Positions 8,453-17,302 of a stretch of 64,000 nucleotides of DNA are shown here, piece after piece. Below the pieces are notes generated by a model, which ran no database searches, was not told where the DNA came from, and worked only from the letters and a program-made list of their open reading frames with translations. The stretch covers positions 528-64,527 of the forward strand of contig CAIMWL010000025.1 in the NCBI GenBank assembly GCA_903845135.1, read 5' to 3'. Origin of the DNA: an uncultured Bacillales bacterium. Its GTDB lineage: Bacteria; Bacillota_I; Bacilli_A; RFN20; CAG-826. Position 1 is the stretch's first letter. Every line of letters starts with the position of its first letter. The translations under genes were made by a program, and so were the position numbers.

Positions 8453-9940
8453 ATGAAAACGCGATACTATCATGGTCAGTTTTATACTTTGAATGAATCA
8501 CAACCTACGGTTGATGAAGTTTGGGTTGAAGACGGCAAGATTATTCATTTAGGTCATCATCCAATTTGGCGAGCTCAACGGTCTATTGATGTTCATGGTT
8601 GGATGGGTTTACCCGGATTTGTCGATGCGCATTTACATATATTGGGATATGGTGAAAAACTTACTTTATTGCAATTAAATAAGTCGACAGATAAAAATGC
8701 GATTCTTAAGAAAATTCAGCAGCATTTAAAATCTCCATTTTTGTATGCCCAGGGTCATCTTGAACAGAATATAACCAAAATTGATCTCGATCGACTGTCA
8801 TCAACCATACCTATATTGCTTAGACACGCAGACTATCATGGGGCAACTGTGAATCAAGCATTATTGAATCGTATTGGCCTTCATCATCATCCTACTGGCA
8901 TTCTTCATGAGGCTGAGGCAATGGCAGCAGTCCAGAGTATTCCTAAATACTCAAAATCTGAATTGACCATGATGATTGTCAAAGCGATAAAGACCTTACA
9001 AGCTTTTGGGATAACCGGCGGCCATAGTGATGATCTTTTTTACTTTAATGGGTTTAAGGAAACCTTAGAAGCTTTTGAGGATGCATTAAAAATAGCTCCT
9101 TTTCGCGCGCATTTATTAATTCATCACTTAGAATTAACACACTTCCTAGAAAGTAAACGCCCCTGGTTAAATCAAAATCCTTATTTACAACTTGGCGCGA
9201 TTAAGACTTTCTATGACGGCACAATTTCTAGTCAAACCGCCTGGATGTCTCAACCTTACCAACATTCAAAACAATTTGGAGAAAGACAATTCAGTTTGCA
9301 GGATTGGGAAGCTTTGTTGGTCCGAATTCGTCAAGCAGGGTTACCGATTGCGATTCATACCATTGGCGACCAAGCATTAGATGAAGTTGCGGATTGGTTA
9401 ACCAAGCATCCAGTCAAGGCTGGATTGCATGACCGCATTATTCATGCTTCATTTGCCAAACTCTCAACTTTAAATAAATTAAAAAAACTACCCTTAATTT
9501 TTGACATTCAACCTCAGTTTATGTCATCAGACTTGCCTTGGGCATTGGCAATGATTTCACCTAAAACCGAACTGATTTATCCTTGGAAACACTATCAACA
9601 ATCGCAATTGGTCTTATGTGGTAGTAGTGATGCTCCCGTAGAAATTCCAAATCCATTATTGGGTATTAAAGCTGCCTCTCTTCGCATCAGCGACCATAAT
9701 CAGCAAGTCTATCAACCTGAAGAAAAATTAACGATGTTGGATGCGGTTAAACTCTATACAATTGGAGCAAATACACCCACCTATGATTTAGCCCATCGCG
9801 GCACACTCCAGGTTGGTAATCTTGCAGATTTCACGTTCTTTGATCAAGATTTTTTAAAGGACGAAAAAAAATTAGCAAGTACTTCGGTTATGATGACCAT
9901 CATTGATAATCAAATCGTCTATCAAAAATCAAATCATTAA
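8453..9940 (+). CDS. Metal-dependent amidohydrolase (YtcJ-like, amidohydrolase_3)
   Basis: Motifs PGFVDAHLHILGYG (HxH), AIHTIGDQA, IIHASF and CGSSDAPVE. Confidence 0.8.
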   Translation: MKTRYYHGQFYTLNESQPTVDEVWVEDGKIIHLGHHPIWRAQRSIDVHGWMGLPGFVDAHLHILGYGEKLTLLQLNKSTDKNAILKKIQQHLKSPFLYAQGHLEQNITKIDLDRLSSTIPILLRHADYHGATVNQALLNRIGLHHHPTGILHEAEAMAAVQSIPKYSKSELTMMIVKAIKTLQAFGITGGHSDDLFYFNGFKETLEAFEDALKIAPFRAHLLIHHLELTHFLESKRPWLNQNPYLQLGAIKTFYDGTISSQTAWMSQPYQHSKQFGERQFSLQDWEALLVRIRQAGLPIAIHTIGDQALDEVADWLTKHPVKAGLHDRIIHASFAKLSTLNKLKKLPLIFDIQPQFMSSDLPWALAMISPKTELIYPWKHYQQSQLVLCGSSDAPVEIPNPLLGIKAASLRISDHNQQVYQPEEKLTMLDAVKLYTIGANTPTYDLAHRGTLQVGNLADFTFFDQDFLKDEKKLASTSVMMTIIDNQIVYQKSNH

Positions 9941-10702
9941 AAGCGATAATGCCATCACAGCCATACCACCGATTAATCCTAGAATCGATAAATGATGATG
10001 CCCATATTTTTCTGAGGTAGGCAGTAATTCGTCTAAAGAAATATAGACCATGATGCCAGCGACAAATGGAAAAATGACACCAAAGACGCTCGTCGGTAAT
10101 ATTGAAGAAAAAATTAAAAATCCAATCAAAGCGCCAATCGGTTCGGCCAATCCAGAAAGTAAGGCAAAATTAAAAGCTTTCACGCGATTTTTTGTCGCTT
10201 GAAATATCGGTAGTGCAATCGCAACGCCTTCTGGAATATTATGGAGCGAAATCGCAATCATTATCCCTAAACCCAAATGTACATCCTCGAGTGCGGCATA
10301 AAACGTTGCCATTCCTTCAGGAAAATTGTGTAGGGCAATAGCAAAAGCTGAAAATAAACCCATTCGCATTAAACTTGAAGTTTGGTTTTTTTCTTTAATT
10401 TCATGAGGGTTGTGATCATGAGGAATCAATTGATCAATCAATAAGATAAACAAAATTCCAATAAAAAATCCACCGATTGCAATCCATTCACTTACCGCTG
10501 ACGTAAAGTTTTGGTTTAAAGCGACTAAACCTTTTGGAATGATTTCTAAAAAAGAAACATAAATCATTACCCCTGCAGAAAAACCCAAACTCGAAGCAAA
10601 AAATTTCGCATTATTTGCCAGTTTTGTAAATGCTAATAATCCACCGATACCAGAAGCTAGTCCGGCAAATAAAGTAAGAAGTAAGGGTAGAATGATATTC
10701 AT
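9929..10702 (-). CDS. zupT: ZIP-family zinc transporter ZupT
   Basis: 257 aa and polytopic. Carries the ZIP signatures ALHNFPEGMA and SLHNIPEGVA. The start lies 9 nt downstream of tRNA-Ser(GGA). Confidence 0.9.
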   Translation of the reverse strand: MNIILPLLLTLFAGLASGIGGLLAFTKLANNAKFFASSLGFSAGVMIYVSFLEIIPKGLVALNQNFTSAVSEWIAIGGFFIGILFILLIDQLIPHDHNPHEIKEKNQTSSLMRMGLFSAFAIALHNFPEGMATFYAALEDVHLGLGIMIAISLHNIPEGVAIALPIFQATKNRVKAFNFALLSGLAEPIGALIGFLIFSSILPTSVFGVIFPFVAGIMVYISLDELLPTSEKYGHHHLSILGLIGGMAVMALSLLMI

Positions 10703-10711
10703 TGTTTTGTT

Positions 10712-10802
10712 TGGCGGAGAAAGAGGGATTTGAACCCTCGCGCCCGGTTAAGGACCTACAAGCTTTCCAAGCCTGCCCCTTCAGCCACTTGGGTATTTCT
10801 CC
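10712..10802 (-). tRNA. tRNA-Ser (anticodon GGA)
   Basis: The reverse complement is GGAGAAA-TA-CCCAAGTGGCTGAAGGGG-CAGGC-TTGGAAA-GCTTG-long variable arm-GAGGG-TTCAAAT-CCCTC-TTTCTCC-G-CCA, 91 nt. An extended -10 (TGTTATAAT on the minus strand, 10812-10820) lies 9 nt upstream of +1. Confidence 0.9.
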
Positions 10803-10864
10803 GTGATTATGATTATAACAAAACTTACCAGATGGCGACACCAAGAAGTGATAAAATATCGGAG

Positions 10865-11830
10865 ATGAAACAAATTACCATCACCGCTCAAACCGCCAAT
10901 CAAAGGGCGGATAAATTTATGCGAAAGTGGTTAAAAGAAGCACCGCTTTCATTTATTTATAAACTATTTAGAAAAAAAGATGTCAAAGTCAATGGTAAGA
11001 GAATTACGATAGAATATATTTTAAAAGAAAACGATATTCTCCAAGCCTATGTCCATGACGATCAGTTACAAGACTTTACCGTTCATCGCCGATATCAAAA
11101 AAAACTTTTGGATTTACCCATTGTTTATGAGGATGCCCATTGTTTGATGATTCACAAACCCAAAGGGATGCTAGTACAAGGCGAAGATGATACTCGGCAA
11201 CATACCCTTACGGAAATGGTCATTGAACATCTCTATGCAAAAGGGGAATACCAACCTAATCAACCTGGCTTTACGCCCGCGCCAGGTCATCGTCTTGATC
11301 GGAACACCAGTGGATTAGTTCTATATGGAAAAACGATTGAAGGTTTACAAGCGTTACATCGCCTATTTAAAGATAGAGATGAAATTAGTAAGCAATATCT
11401 TGCTCTTGTTGTTGGGCCATTAACTGGCAAAGGTAAAATTGATTTACCCTTGGTGAAAGACGAAAGCAAAAAAATGGTATTGATTGCAAAGCATACTCAA
11501 CAAGGATTGTCTGCACTAACCGAATATGAAGTCATCAAAAACTATGGGAATTTCACCTTGATTAAAGTCCATTTAATTACTGGAAGGACGCATCAAATCA
11601 GGGTGCATATGCAAGCGATTCAACACCCGATTGCAGGTGATCGAAAATATGGTGATTTTAAAGCGAATAAATGGTTAATGGACCATCACCATTACGAACA
11701 TCAGTTCTTGCATGCCACTGAATTAAGTTTTGGCGAGATTACTGGAGTTTTAAAAGGGTTATCCAATAAAAACTTTACAATTAAATTAGATAGAACAGAA
11801 GAAGAATTATTGGTAAAATTATCCTCATGA
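10865..11830 (+). CDS. RluA-family 23S rRNA pseudouridine synthase (RluC/D-like, S4 domain)
   Basis: Motifs HRLDRNTSGLVLYGKT and GRTHQIRVH, with an S4-like N-terminus (RADKFMRKWL...VKVNGKRI). The ORF-track start at 10730 lies inside tRNA-Ser. ATG 10865 (or 10832) is more plausible, so the start is uncertain. Confidence 0.85.
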   Translation: MKQITITAQTANQRADKFMRKWLKEAPLSFIYKLFRKKDVKVNGKRITIEYILKENDILQAYVHDDQLQDFTVHRRYQKKLLDLPIVYEDAHCLMIHKPKGMLVQGEDDTRQHTLTEMVIEHLYAKGEYQPNQPGFTPAPGHRLDRNTSGLVLYGKTIEGLQALHRLFKDRDEISKQYLALVVGPLTGKGKIDLPLVKDESKKMVLIAKHTQQGLSALTEYEVIKNYGNFTLIKVHLITGRTHQIRVHMQAIQHPIAGDRKYGDFKANKWLMDHHHYEHQFLHATELSFGEITGVLKGLSNKNFTIKLDRTEEELLVKLSS

Positions 11831-13551
11831 ATAACTTAGCAAATTCACAATATTTATCTTGGTTAAATCATCCGAACATGCCTGCCAATTTTAAGGCTCA
11901 ATTACAAACTTTAAAACCTACAGAAATCGAAGATGCTTTCTTCAAAGATATTGAATTTGGTACGGCAGGGATGCGCGGGCTGATGGGTCTTGGAACCAAC
12001 CGAATCAATGAATTTACTATCAAAAAAGTTACCGTTGCATACGGTTTAATGCTTCGTCGACTTTACCCACAATCGCTAACTAGAGGGGTGGTTATTGCCC
12101 ACGATAATCGTCGTAATGCCATTACCTATACAACCTTAACCTCACAAATTTTAAATCAAATGGGCATTGATACTTATGTATTTACCGAGCTCGTTCCTAC
12201 TCCCTTATTGTCCTTTGCTGTCAGGCATTTACATTGCTTGGGCGGCATTATGTTAACTGCTTCTCATAATCCAAAAGAATACAATGGTTACAAAGTTTAT
12301 GATGATCAAGGTTGTCAATTGGTTCCTCACAAAATTGAATCCCTGATTCAAATTCTTTCGACATTACCAGAACCATTAGCAATCGAAGTCCCGAAATTCG
12401 AACCAACAGGTCGAATAAAAACCGTGCCTTTGGAAGTTGAAAATATTTACGTGAATTTAGTCAAATCTTTACAACTTCAACCGCATTTGCCCAAGCATCA
12501 TTTTAAAATTATCTTTTCTCCACAACATGGTGCAAGTTATCGTATCCTTCCTTCACTTTTTAAGTCATTAGGATTTGATGTGTTTGTTGTGCCAGAACAA
12601 AGCCAACCCGATCCCGATTTTAAGGGTACTTTATCACCCAATCCCGAAGAAAAGTTAGCTTATGAAAAGGCGATAGCCTATGCGCAAAAATTTAATGCCC
12701 CATTAGTGATGGTCGCGGATCCAGATGCAGATCGTGTTGGATTAGGTTATCGTGATGCAAATGGGGATTACCAATTATTAGATGGCAATCAATCAGCTTC
12801 GCTTTTAATCGAATATTTGCTCTCACATCGTCTTCAACAAAATAAACTTCCCTCCAATGGCATCATTTATGATACGATTGTTTCTTCCCCACTTGGGCGT
12901 AAAATTGCCCAACAATACAAGGTTAAAACTGAGACCTTTCTCACCGGTTTTAAATTTATAGGCGATCGAATTGATTTTTATGAACACCATGCTGGGCCAC
13001 ACTTCATTTTTGGTTACGAAGAATCATATGGGTGTTTAATTGGTGATTTCGTTCGTGATAAAGATGCGATTCAAGCGCTTACACTTTATGCAGAAATGGC
13101 GTTACATTATGCACTTCATGGCATTAATTTAGGACAAGCTTTAGATCGACTATATCAAACTTATGGCTACCACCTTGATAAGCAATTTTCCTTGAGTTTA
13201 TCAGGGATTGAAGGTGAACAATTCCTTAATCAATTGATGAATAAAATACGCCAGACTCCATTTAAACCATTCCAAGAATGGAAAGTGGTGTTATTTGAGG
13301 ATTATCTATTCCAAGTTGCCAAAGATGATAAAGGACATCATTCCACAATTGCTTTACCGAAAGCGAATGTCATTAAATTGAATTTCAATGACGGTTCAAG
13401 TATTGTCGTTCGTCCAAGCGGAACTGAACCTAAGTGCAAATTCTATTTTTTAATCCACGGAAAGAGCACCACGGAAGTGCAAGTAAAATTAAACCAATAT
13501 CTACAATCTTTTTCTAAACTTTACTTAAGTGAAGACAAACGTTTGAAATAA
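11827..13551 (+). CDS. pgcA: Phosphoglucomutase/phosphomannomutase (PgcA-like)
   Basis: Motifs TASHNPKEYNGYKVY (phosphoserine loop), VADPDADRVG and FGYEESYG. ATGA overlap with the upstream gene. Confidence 0.9.
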   Translation: MNNLANSQYLSWLNHPNMPANFKAQLQTLKPTEIEDAFFKDIEFGTAGMRGLMGLGTNRINEFTIKKVTVAYGLMLRRLYPQSLTRGVVIAHDNRRNAITYTTLTSQILNQMGIDTYVFTELVPTPLLSFAVRHLHCLGGIMLTASHNPKEYNGYKVYDDQGCQLVPHKIESLIQILSTLPEPLAIEVPKFEPTGRIKTVPLEVENIYVNLVKSLQLQPHLPKHHFKIIFSPQHGASYRILPSLFKSLGFDVFVVPEQSQPDPDFKGTLSPNPEEKLAYEKAIAYAQKFNAPLVMVADPDADRVGLGYRDANGDYQLLDGNQSASLLIEYLLSHRLQQNKLPSNGIIYDTIVSSPLGRKIAQQYKVKTETFLTGFKFIGDRIDFYEHHAGPHFIFGYEESYGCLIGDFVRDKDAIQALTLYAEMALHYALHGINLGQALDRLYQTYGYHLDKQFSLSLSGIEGEQFLNQLMNKIRQTPFKPFQEWKVVLFEDYLFQVAKDDKGHHSTIALPKANVIKLNFNDGSSIVVRPSGTEPKCKFYFLIHGKSTTEVQVKLNQYLQSFSKLYLSEDKRLK

Positions 13552-14348
13552 CGGTCTAGTTCATCGATAATACCGTCGTGCTGATGATCTTTTTTGGTGA
13601 TAAATTTACCATATTTTTTGATGGGTGGTTCCGCATTTTTCATCACAAAGCTAATTGCTGCAAATTTTAACATTTCTCGATCATTTTCTGCATCGCCAAA
13701 ACTCATAAAATATTTTCTAGGAATGCGATAATGCTTTAATAAACTTAATAATGCAGTCCCTTTAGATATATGACCATAATATATTTCACAAAATTCCGAA
13801 CGACCCCAAAAGCGAACCTTTAATCCTTGATGTTTTTTCACCGCTTCGATAACTTTTTGATCTAGTTTTGGGCTTCTTTTTTTAACTTTGATAATCATGG
13901 TCATTGGATCTTCATTTAAAGTATTTTCCAGTGGTCCATAGATGATATTCATATTTTCATGCCAAAAAAATGAGGCAAGATTTTTTTCTTCCTTTAGCAA
14001 CCAAATGTTGACGTTGGTTTCGCACATCACATTATCGAGATGGTCAACACCAATGTCTAAATAGATTTGTTTGACCACGGCTTGAGGAAATGCAAAGCTA
14101 GTGGATTGAAAGGTGGCATCGGTGGGATTGGTAACATAGGCACCGTTATAGCAAACCATCGGTGTATTGAGACCAAGTTGCTGATAATATTTGATAAAAG
14201 AACGATAAGGTCGACCCGTTGCCAAAATAATCACATGCTGATTTTTAATTCGCTTTAAATAACTGAGGGTTTGCTTTGAGATTTTTTTGTCTTGATTGAG
14301 CAAAGTTCCATCTAAATCTAAGGCAATCAAATGCCGGGGAATTACCAT
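13521..14348 (-). CDS. Cof-type HAD-IIB phosphatase (second copy)
   Basis: Motifs IALDLDGTLL, ATGR and FGDAENDREM. The 3' end overlaps the pgm 3' end by 31 nt (convergent). Confidence 0.85.
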   Translation of the reverse strand: MVIPRHLIALDLDGTLLNQDKKISKQTLSYLKRIKNQHVIILATGRPYRSFIKYYQQLGLNTPMVCYNGAYVTNPTDATFQSTSFAFPQAVVKQIYLDIGVDHLDNVMCETNVNIWLLKEEKNLASFFWHENMNIIYGPLENTLNEDPMTMIIKVKKRSPKLDQKVIEAVKKHQGLKVRFWGRSEFCEIYYGHISKGTALLSLLKHYRIPRKYFMSFGDAENDREMLKFAAISFVMKNAEPPIKKYGKFITKKDHQHDGIIDELDRYFKRLSSLK

Positions 14349-15325
14349 AATCCAATTGCTTTCTTTACGCGTTGCAGGGTGGCATTCGCAACAAGTTCAG
14401 CTCGTTTTGCTCCTTGATTTAATACTTCCTGAACGAGTCCGGATTTGATCATGGATTGATAACGTTTTTGTAAAGATCCAATTTCTTCGGTTACGACATC
14501 GGCAACTTTTGTTTTAAATCCACCATAGGTTAAACCTTGCACACTCGCGACTGTCATTTCCATAGATTGATTGGTTAAAGATGCAAGAATACTCAGCAAA
14601 TTACTAATCCCTGGTTTGAGTTTTTCATCAAAGCGAATCGAAATTTCGGAATCGGTCACTGCACTCATAATTTTTTTTCTAATACTTGATAAGTCTTCCT
14701 TTAATTCAATGTTTCCTTTTGGATCTGATTTAGACATTTTTTTAGTTGGATCAGATAAAGACATTATTCGCGTTCCTGTTTTCCCCAGTTGTGCTTTCGG
14801 GATTACGAGGATATCGCCAAAACGATGATTAAAACGTTGGACTAAATCACGTGTAAGTTCTAAATGTTGAACTTGATCTTCGCCAACAGGCACCACTTCA
14901 GCATCATAAAGTAAAATATCACTCGCCATTAAAACGGGATAGGCAAATAGGCCTAAACCAATTGCCGAATCATTCATTTGCAATGATTTTTCTTTAAATT
15001 GCGTCATTCTCGATAGTTCGCCCATATAAACAAAATTTTGCAAAATTGCATTTAATTCCGAGTGCGCACTGACCTGAGATTGTAAAAAGATGGTGCTTAA
15101 ATTTGGATCAAGTCCTGCTGCTAAATAAAACGCTGCAAGATCAAACGTATTCTCTTTTAACATCTTGGGATCGATAGGAAGCGTTAAAGCATGTAAATCC
15201 GCAATAAATAAAAACGTTTGGTACTGGGATTGAAAACTGGGAAAGCGCTTTAACGCACCAATATAATTACCTAGCGTAAGGCCACCTGTTGGTTTGATAC
15301 CACTAATCATTCTTGTCATATTCAA
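14342..15325 (-). CDS. trpS: Tryptophanyl-tRNA synthetase
   Basis: Motifs GIKPTGGLTLGNYIGA (HIGH-equivalent) and KMSKSDP. Typical 327-aa length. No T-box fits in the ~100-nt upstream region. Confidence 0.95.
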   Translation of the reverse strand: MNMTRMISGIKPTGGLTLGNYIGALKRFPSFQSQYQTFLFIADLHALTLPIDPKMLKENTFDLAAFYLAAGLDPNLSTIFLQSQVSAHSELNAILQNFVYMGELSRMTQFKEKSLQMNDSAIGLGLFAYPVLMASDILLYDAEVVPVGEDQVQHLELTRDLVQRFNHRFGDILVIPKAQLGKTGTRIMSLSDPTKKMSKSDPKGNIELKEDLSSIRKKIMSAVTDSEISIRFDEKLKPGISNLLSILASLTNQSMEMTVASVQGLTYGGFKTKVADVVTEEIGSLQKRYQSMIKSGLVQEVLNQGAKRAELVANATLQRVKKAIGLW

Positions 15326-15428
15326 TCAATTTTTACTCTTTTCAAATCATTTTAGCAAATTCATTGTAAAGTTTCGATAATCATTAGGTAAATAGTACCC
15401 AAAGGGGTATACTAAATTTAGGAAAATT

Positions 15429-15860
15429 ATGGTTAGAATCTATACATCTCCTAGCTGCTCAAGCTGTCGGAAAGTTAAAAAGTGGTTTGAAATAGAAGGA
15501 ATTCCCTTTGAGGAAAGAAATATTTTTTCTGCAACATTAAATGAGTCAGAATTAAAAGAAATGTTAGAAAAGTCAGAAAATGGCACTGAGGATATCATTT
15601 CCACACGCAGTAAAGTTATTAAAGAACAAAACTTGGATGTGGAAAATATGTCCATTTCACAATTGGTTTTATTTATTCGAGAAAATCCCTCTGTGCTCAA
15701 AAGACCAATCATGGTAGACGACCGCCGTATTCAAGTTGGTTACAATGAAGAAGAAATAAGGACTTTTATTCCCATCTCAAAGCGGCAATCAAGTTTCAAA
15801 GAAAAAACAGTCAATCCTTTAAAAAAAAAGGCTTTTGATATTGATGCCTCTGAAAAATAA
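15429..15860 (+). CDS. spx: Spx/ArsC-family redox-sensing transcriptional regulator
   Basis: MVRIYTSPSCSSCRKVKKWF (CxxC), TEDIISTRSKV and LKRPIMVDDRRIQVGYNEEEIRTFIP closely follow the Spx pattern. A ~12-aa longer, divergent C-terminus contains an A9 tract (15821-15829). Confidence 0.9.
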   Translation: MVRIYTSPSCSSCRKVKKWFEIEGIPFEERNIFSATLNESELKEMLEKSENGTEDIISTRSKVIKEQNLDVENMSISQLVLFIRENPSVLKRPIMVDDRRIQVGYNEEEIRTFIPISKRQSSFKEKTVNPLKKKAFDIDASEK

Positions 15861-15868
15861 ATTCAAGG

Positions 15869-16444
15869 TTATTTTAAGGTTTTAATCGCTCGAGCGTATT
15901 TTGAAATATGATTAGGTTTATATTCAATTTTAGCTTTCTCACATAATAATTTGAGTGTTTCTGCAGCATTCTTTAAGGAAGATTCTTCGCTTTCTATTTC
16001 ATAATCCACGAGGCCATGATATTGATTTTTATCTAAGCAAACATGGCGACCATCAAAAGTGGTTTCATATCGATCAGTGGTAAGGTGGGTAATGATTTTG
16101 AATGTAGCGGTATCAAACCCGAACATTTCTAAAAAATCTTTAATTAATCCTGTAGGGAAAATTGATTTTTGTTGTAATGCTAAATAAGCATCGCGATTAA
16201 TTTGTTGATTTTTTTCAAGCGTTCCTTCCGCCATCGGTGACTTTAAAGTTAGGGTATACGTTTGCCCAAGTTCACGAATTCTTAAGGCAAAACCATATCC
16301 CCTCAATGATCCCTTTTGATCATCAACATAATAATTTGTTTGGGTTACCTTTAACTTTTCATCAATTTTAAGTAAGGACTTTAATTGATTAAATTCTTTT
16401 TCATTAACAAGGATTTTTGCTTCAATTTCAATGTTTGTTGACAT
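15869..16444 (-). CDS. CYTH-domain (YjbK-like) triphosphatase-fold protein
   Basis: N-terminal EIEAKIL (ExExK) signature, 191 aa. It sits between spx and the NAD kinase gene, as in the Bacillus yjb region. Confidence 0.75.
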   Translation of the reverse strand: MSTNIEIEAKILVNEKEFNQLKSLLKIDEKLKVTQTNYYVDDQKGSLRGYGFALRIRELGQTYTLTLKSPMAEGTLEKNQQINRDAYLALQQKSIFPTGLIKDFLEMFGFDTATFKIITHLTTDRYETTFDGRHVCLDKNQYHGLVDYEIESEESSLKNAAETLKLLCEKAKIEYKPNHISKYARAIKTLK

Positions 16445-16513
16445 ACAGTTTCCTCTTTTTAGTTTAACGTCTTTTATATGATAAAATAAAATTCAACAAT
16501 ATACCAAAAGAAT

Positions 16514-17302
16514 ATGAAATACACATTAATTGTTAGGGAAGATGATCAGTCAAAAATGATTGCCAAGAAATTGGAAATCAAACTAAATTTTGCTGGGCAT
16601 ATTCAAGATACTCAAAAACCGGAAATTGTTATTTTTGTTGGTGGTGATGGATCCTTTCTCAGGTCCATTCAAACCTTTTTATCAATTCTTGATCAAGTCA
16701 TTTTCGTAGGGGTTCATACTGGTACCCTTGGCTTTTTTTGCGAATTTTATGCTGAACAATTAGATTTACTGGTGAAATCGATTCCGCAAATGCGCCGTCA
16801 AAGTATCGAATATCCGTTGGTGGAACTTAACCTAATTGGTAAAAAGACCAGCACTTTTTATGCCGTAAATGAAGTTAGGGTTGAAAACCCATTCCATACT
16901 TTTGTCACGGATGTCTTGATCGATGATCATCATTTACAAACTTTTAGAGGAACTGGATTGATTGTGGCAAGTACCTTAGGAAGTAGCGCCTACAACAAGA
17001 GCTTAGGTGGTGCCCTCGTCGATGTGGCCACTGCCAGTTTACAATTAACAGAAATGGCGACCATTCAAAATAATGCATACCGATCGCTCGGTAGTTCCCT
17101 GGTGTTAGATGCAAGCCGGGTCCTCACCTTCAAAGGCGACTTTAGAAAAGCAATTTTTGGTTATGATTACCTTTTAGTTAATCCCGAAGAAAATATTGAA
17201 AAAGTAAAAGTAAAAACCAGCAAAAAAACATTCCGACTGTTTCATCAACAACAAAACCCTTATTTTGATACGTTAAAAAAGACCTTTGTTAAAAACATTT
17301 AA
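16514..17302 (+). CDS. nadK: NAD kinase
   Basis: Motifs GGDGSFLR, NEVRVE and STLGSSAYNKSLGG. Confidence 0.93.
   Translation: MKYTLIVREDDQSKMIAKKLEIKLNFAGHIQDTQKPEIVIFVGGDGSFLRSIQTFLSILDQVIFVGVHTGTLGFFCEFYAEQLDLLVKSIPQMRRQSIEYPLVELNLIGKKTSTFYAVNEVRVENPFHTFVTDVLIDDHHLQTFRGTGLIVASTLGSSAYNKSLGGALVDVATASLQLTEMATIQNNAYRSLGSSLVLDASRVLTFKGDFRKAIFGYDYLLVNPEENIEKVKVKTSKKTFRLFHQQQNPYFDTLKKTFVKNI

Noticed and set aside
10730-10864. N-terminal extension of the pseudouridine synthase ORF, and the antisense ORF at 10611-10844.
   Set aside because: Both overlap tRNA-Ser(GGA) and its promoter. The Rlu family N-terminus begins at MKQITI.../S4 domain.
15326-15428. Looked for a T-box upstream of trpS.
   Set aside because: The region is ~100 nt, is shared with the spx promoter, and contains no GGTGGTACC-like core or terminator.
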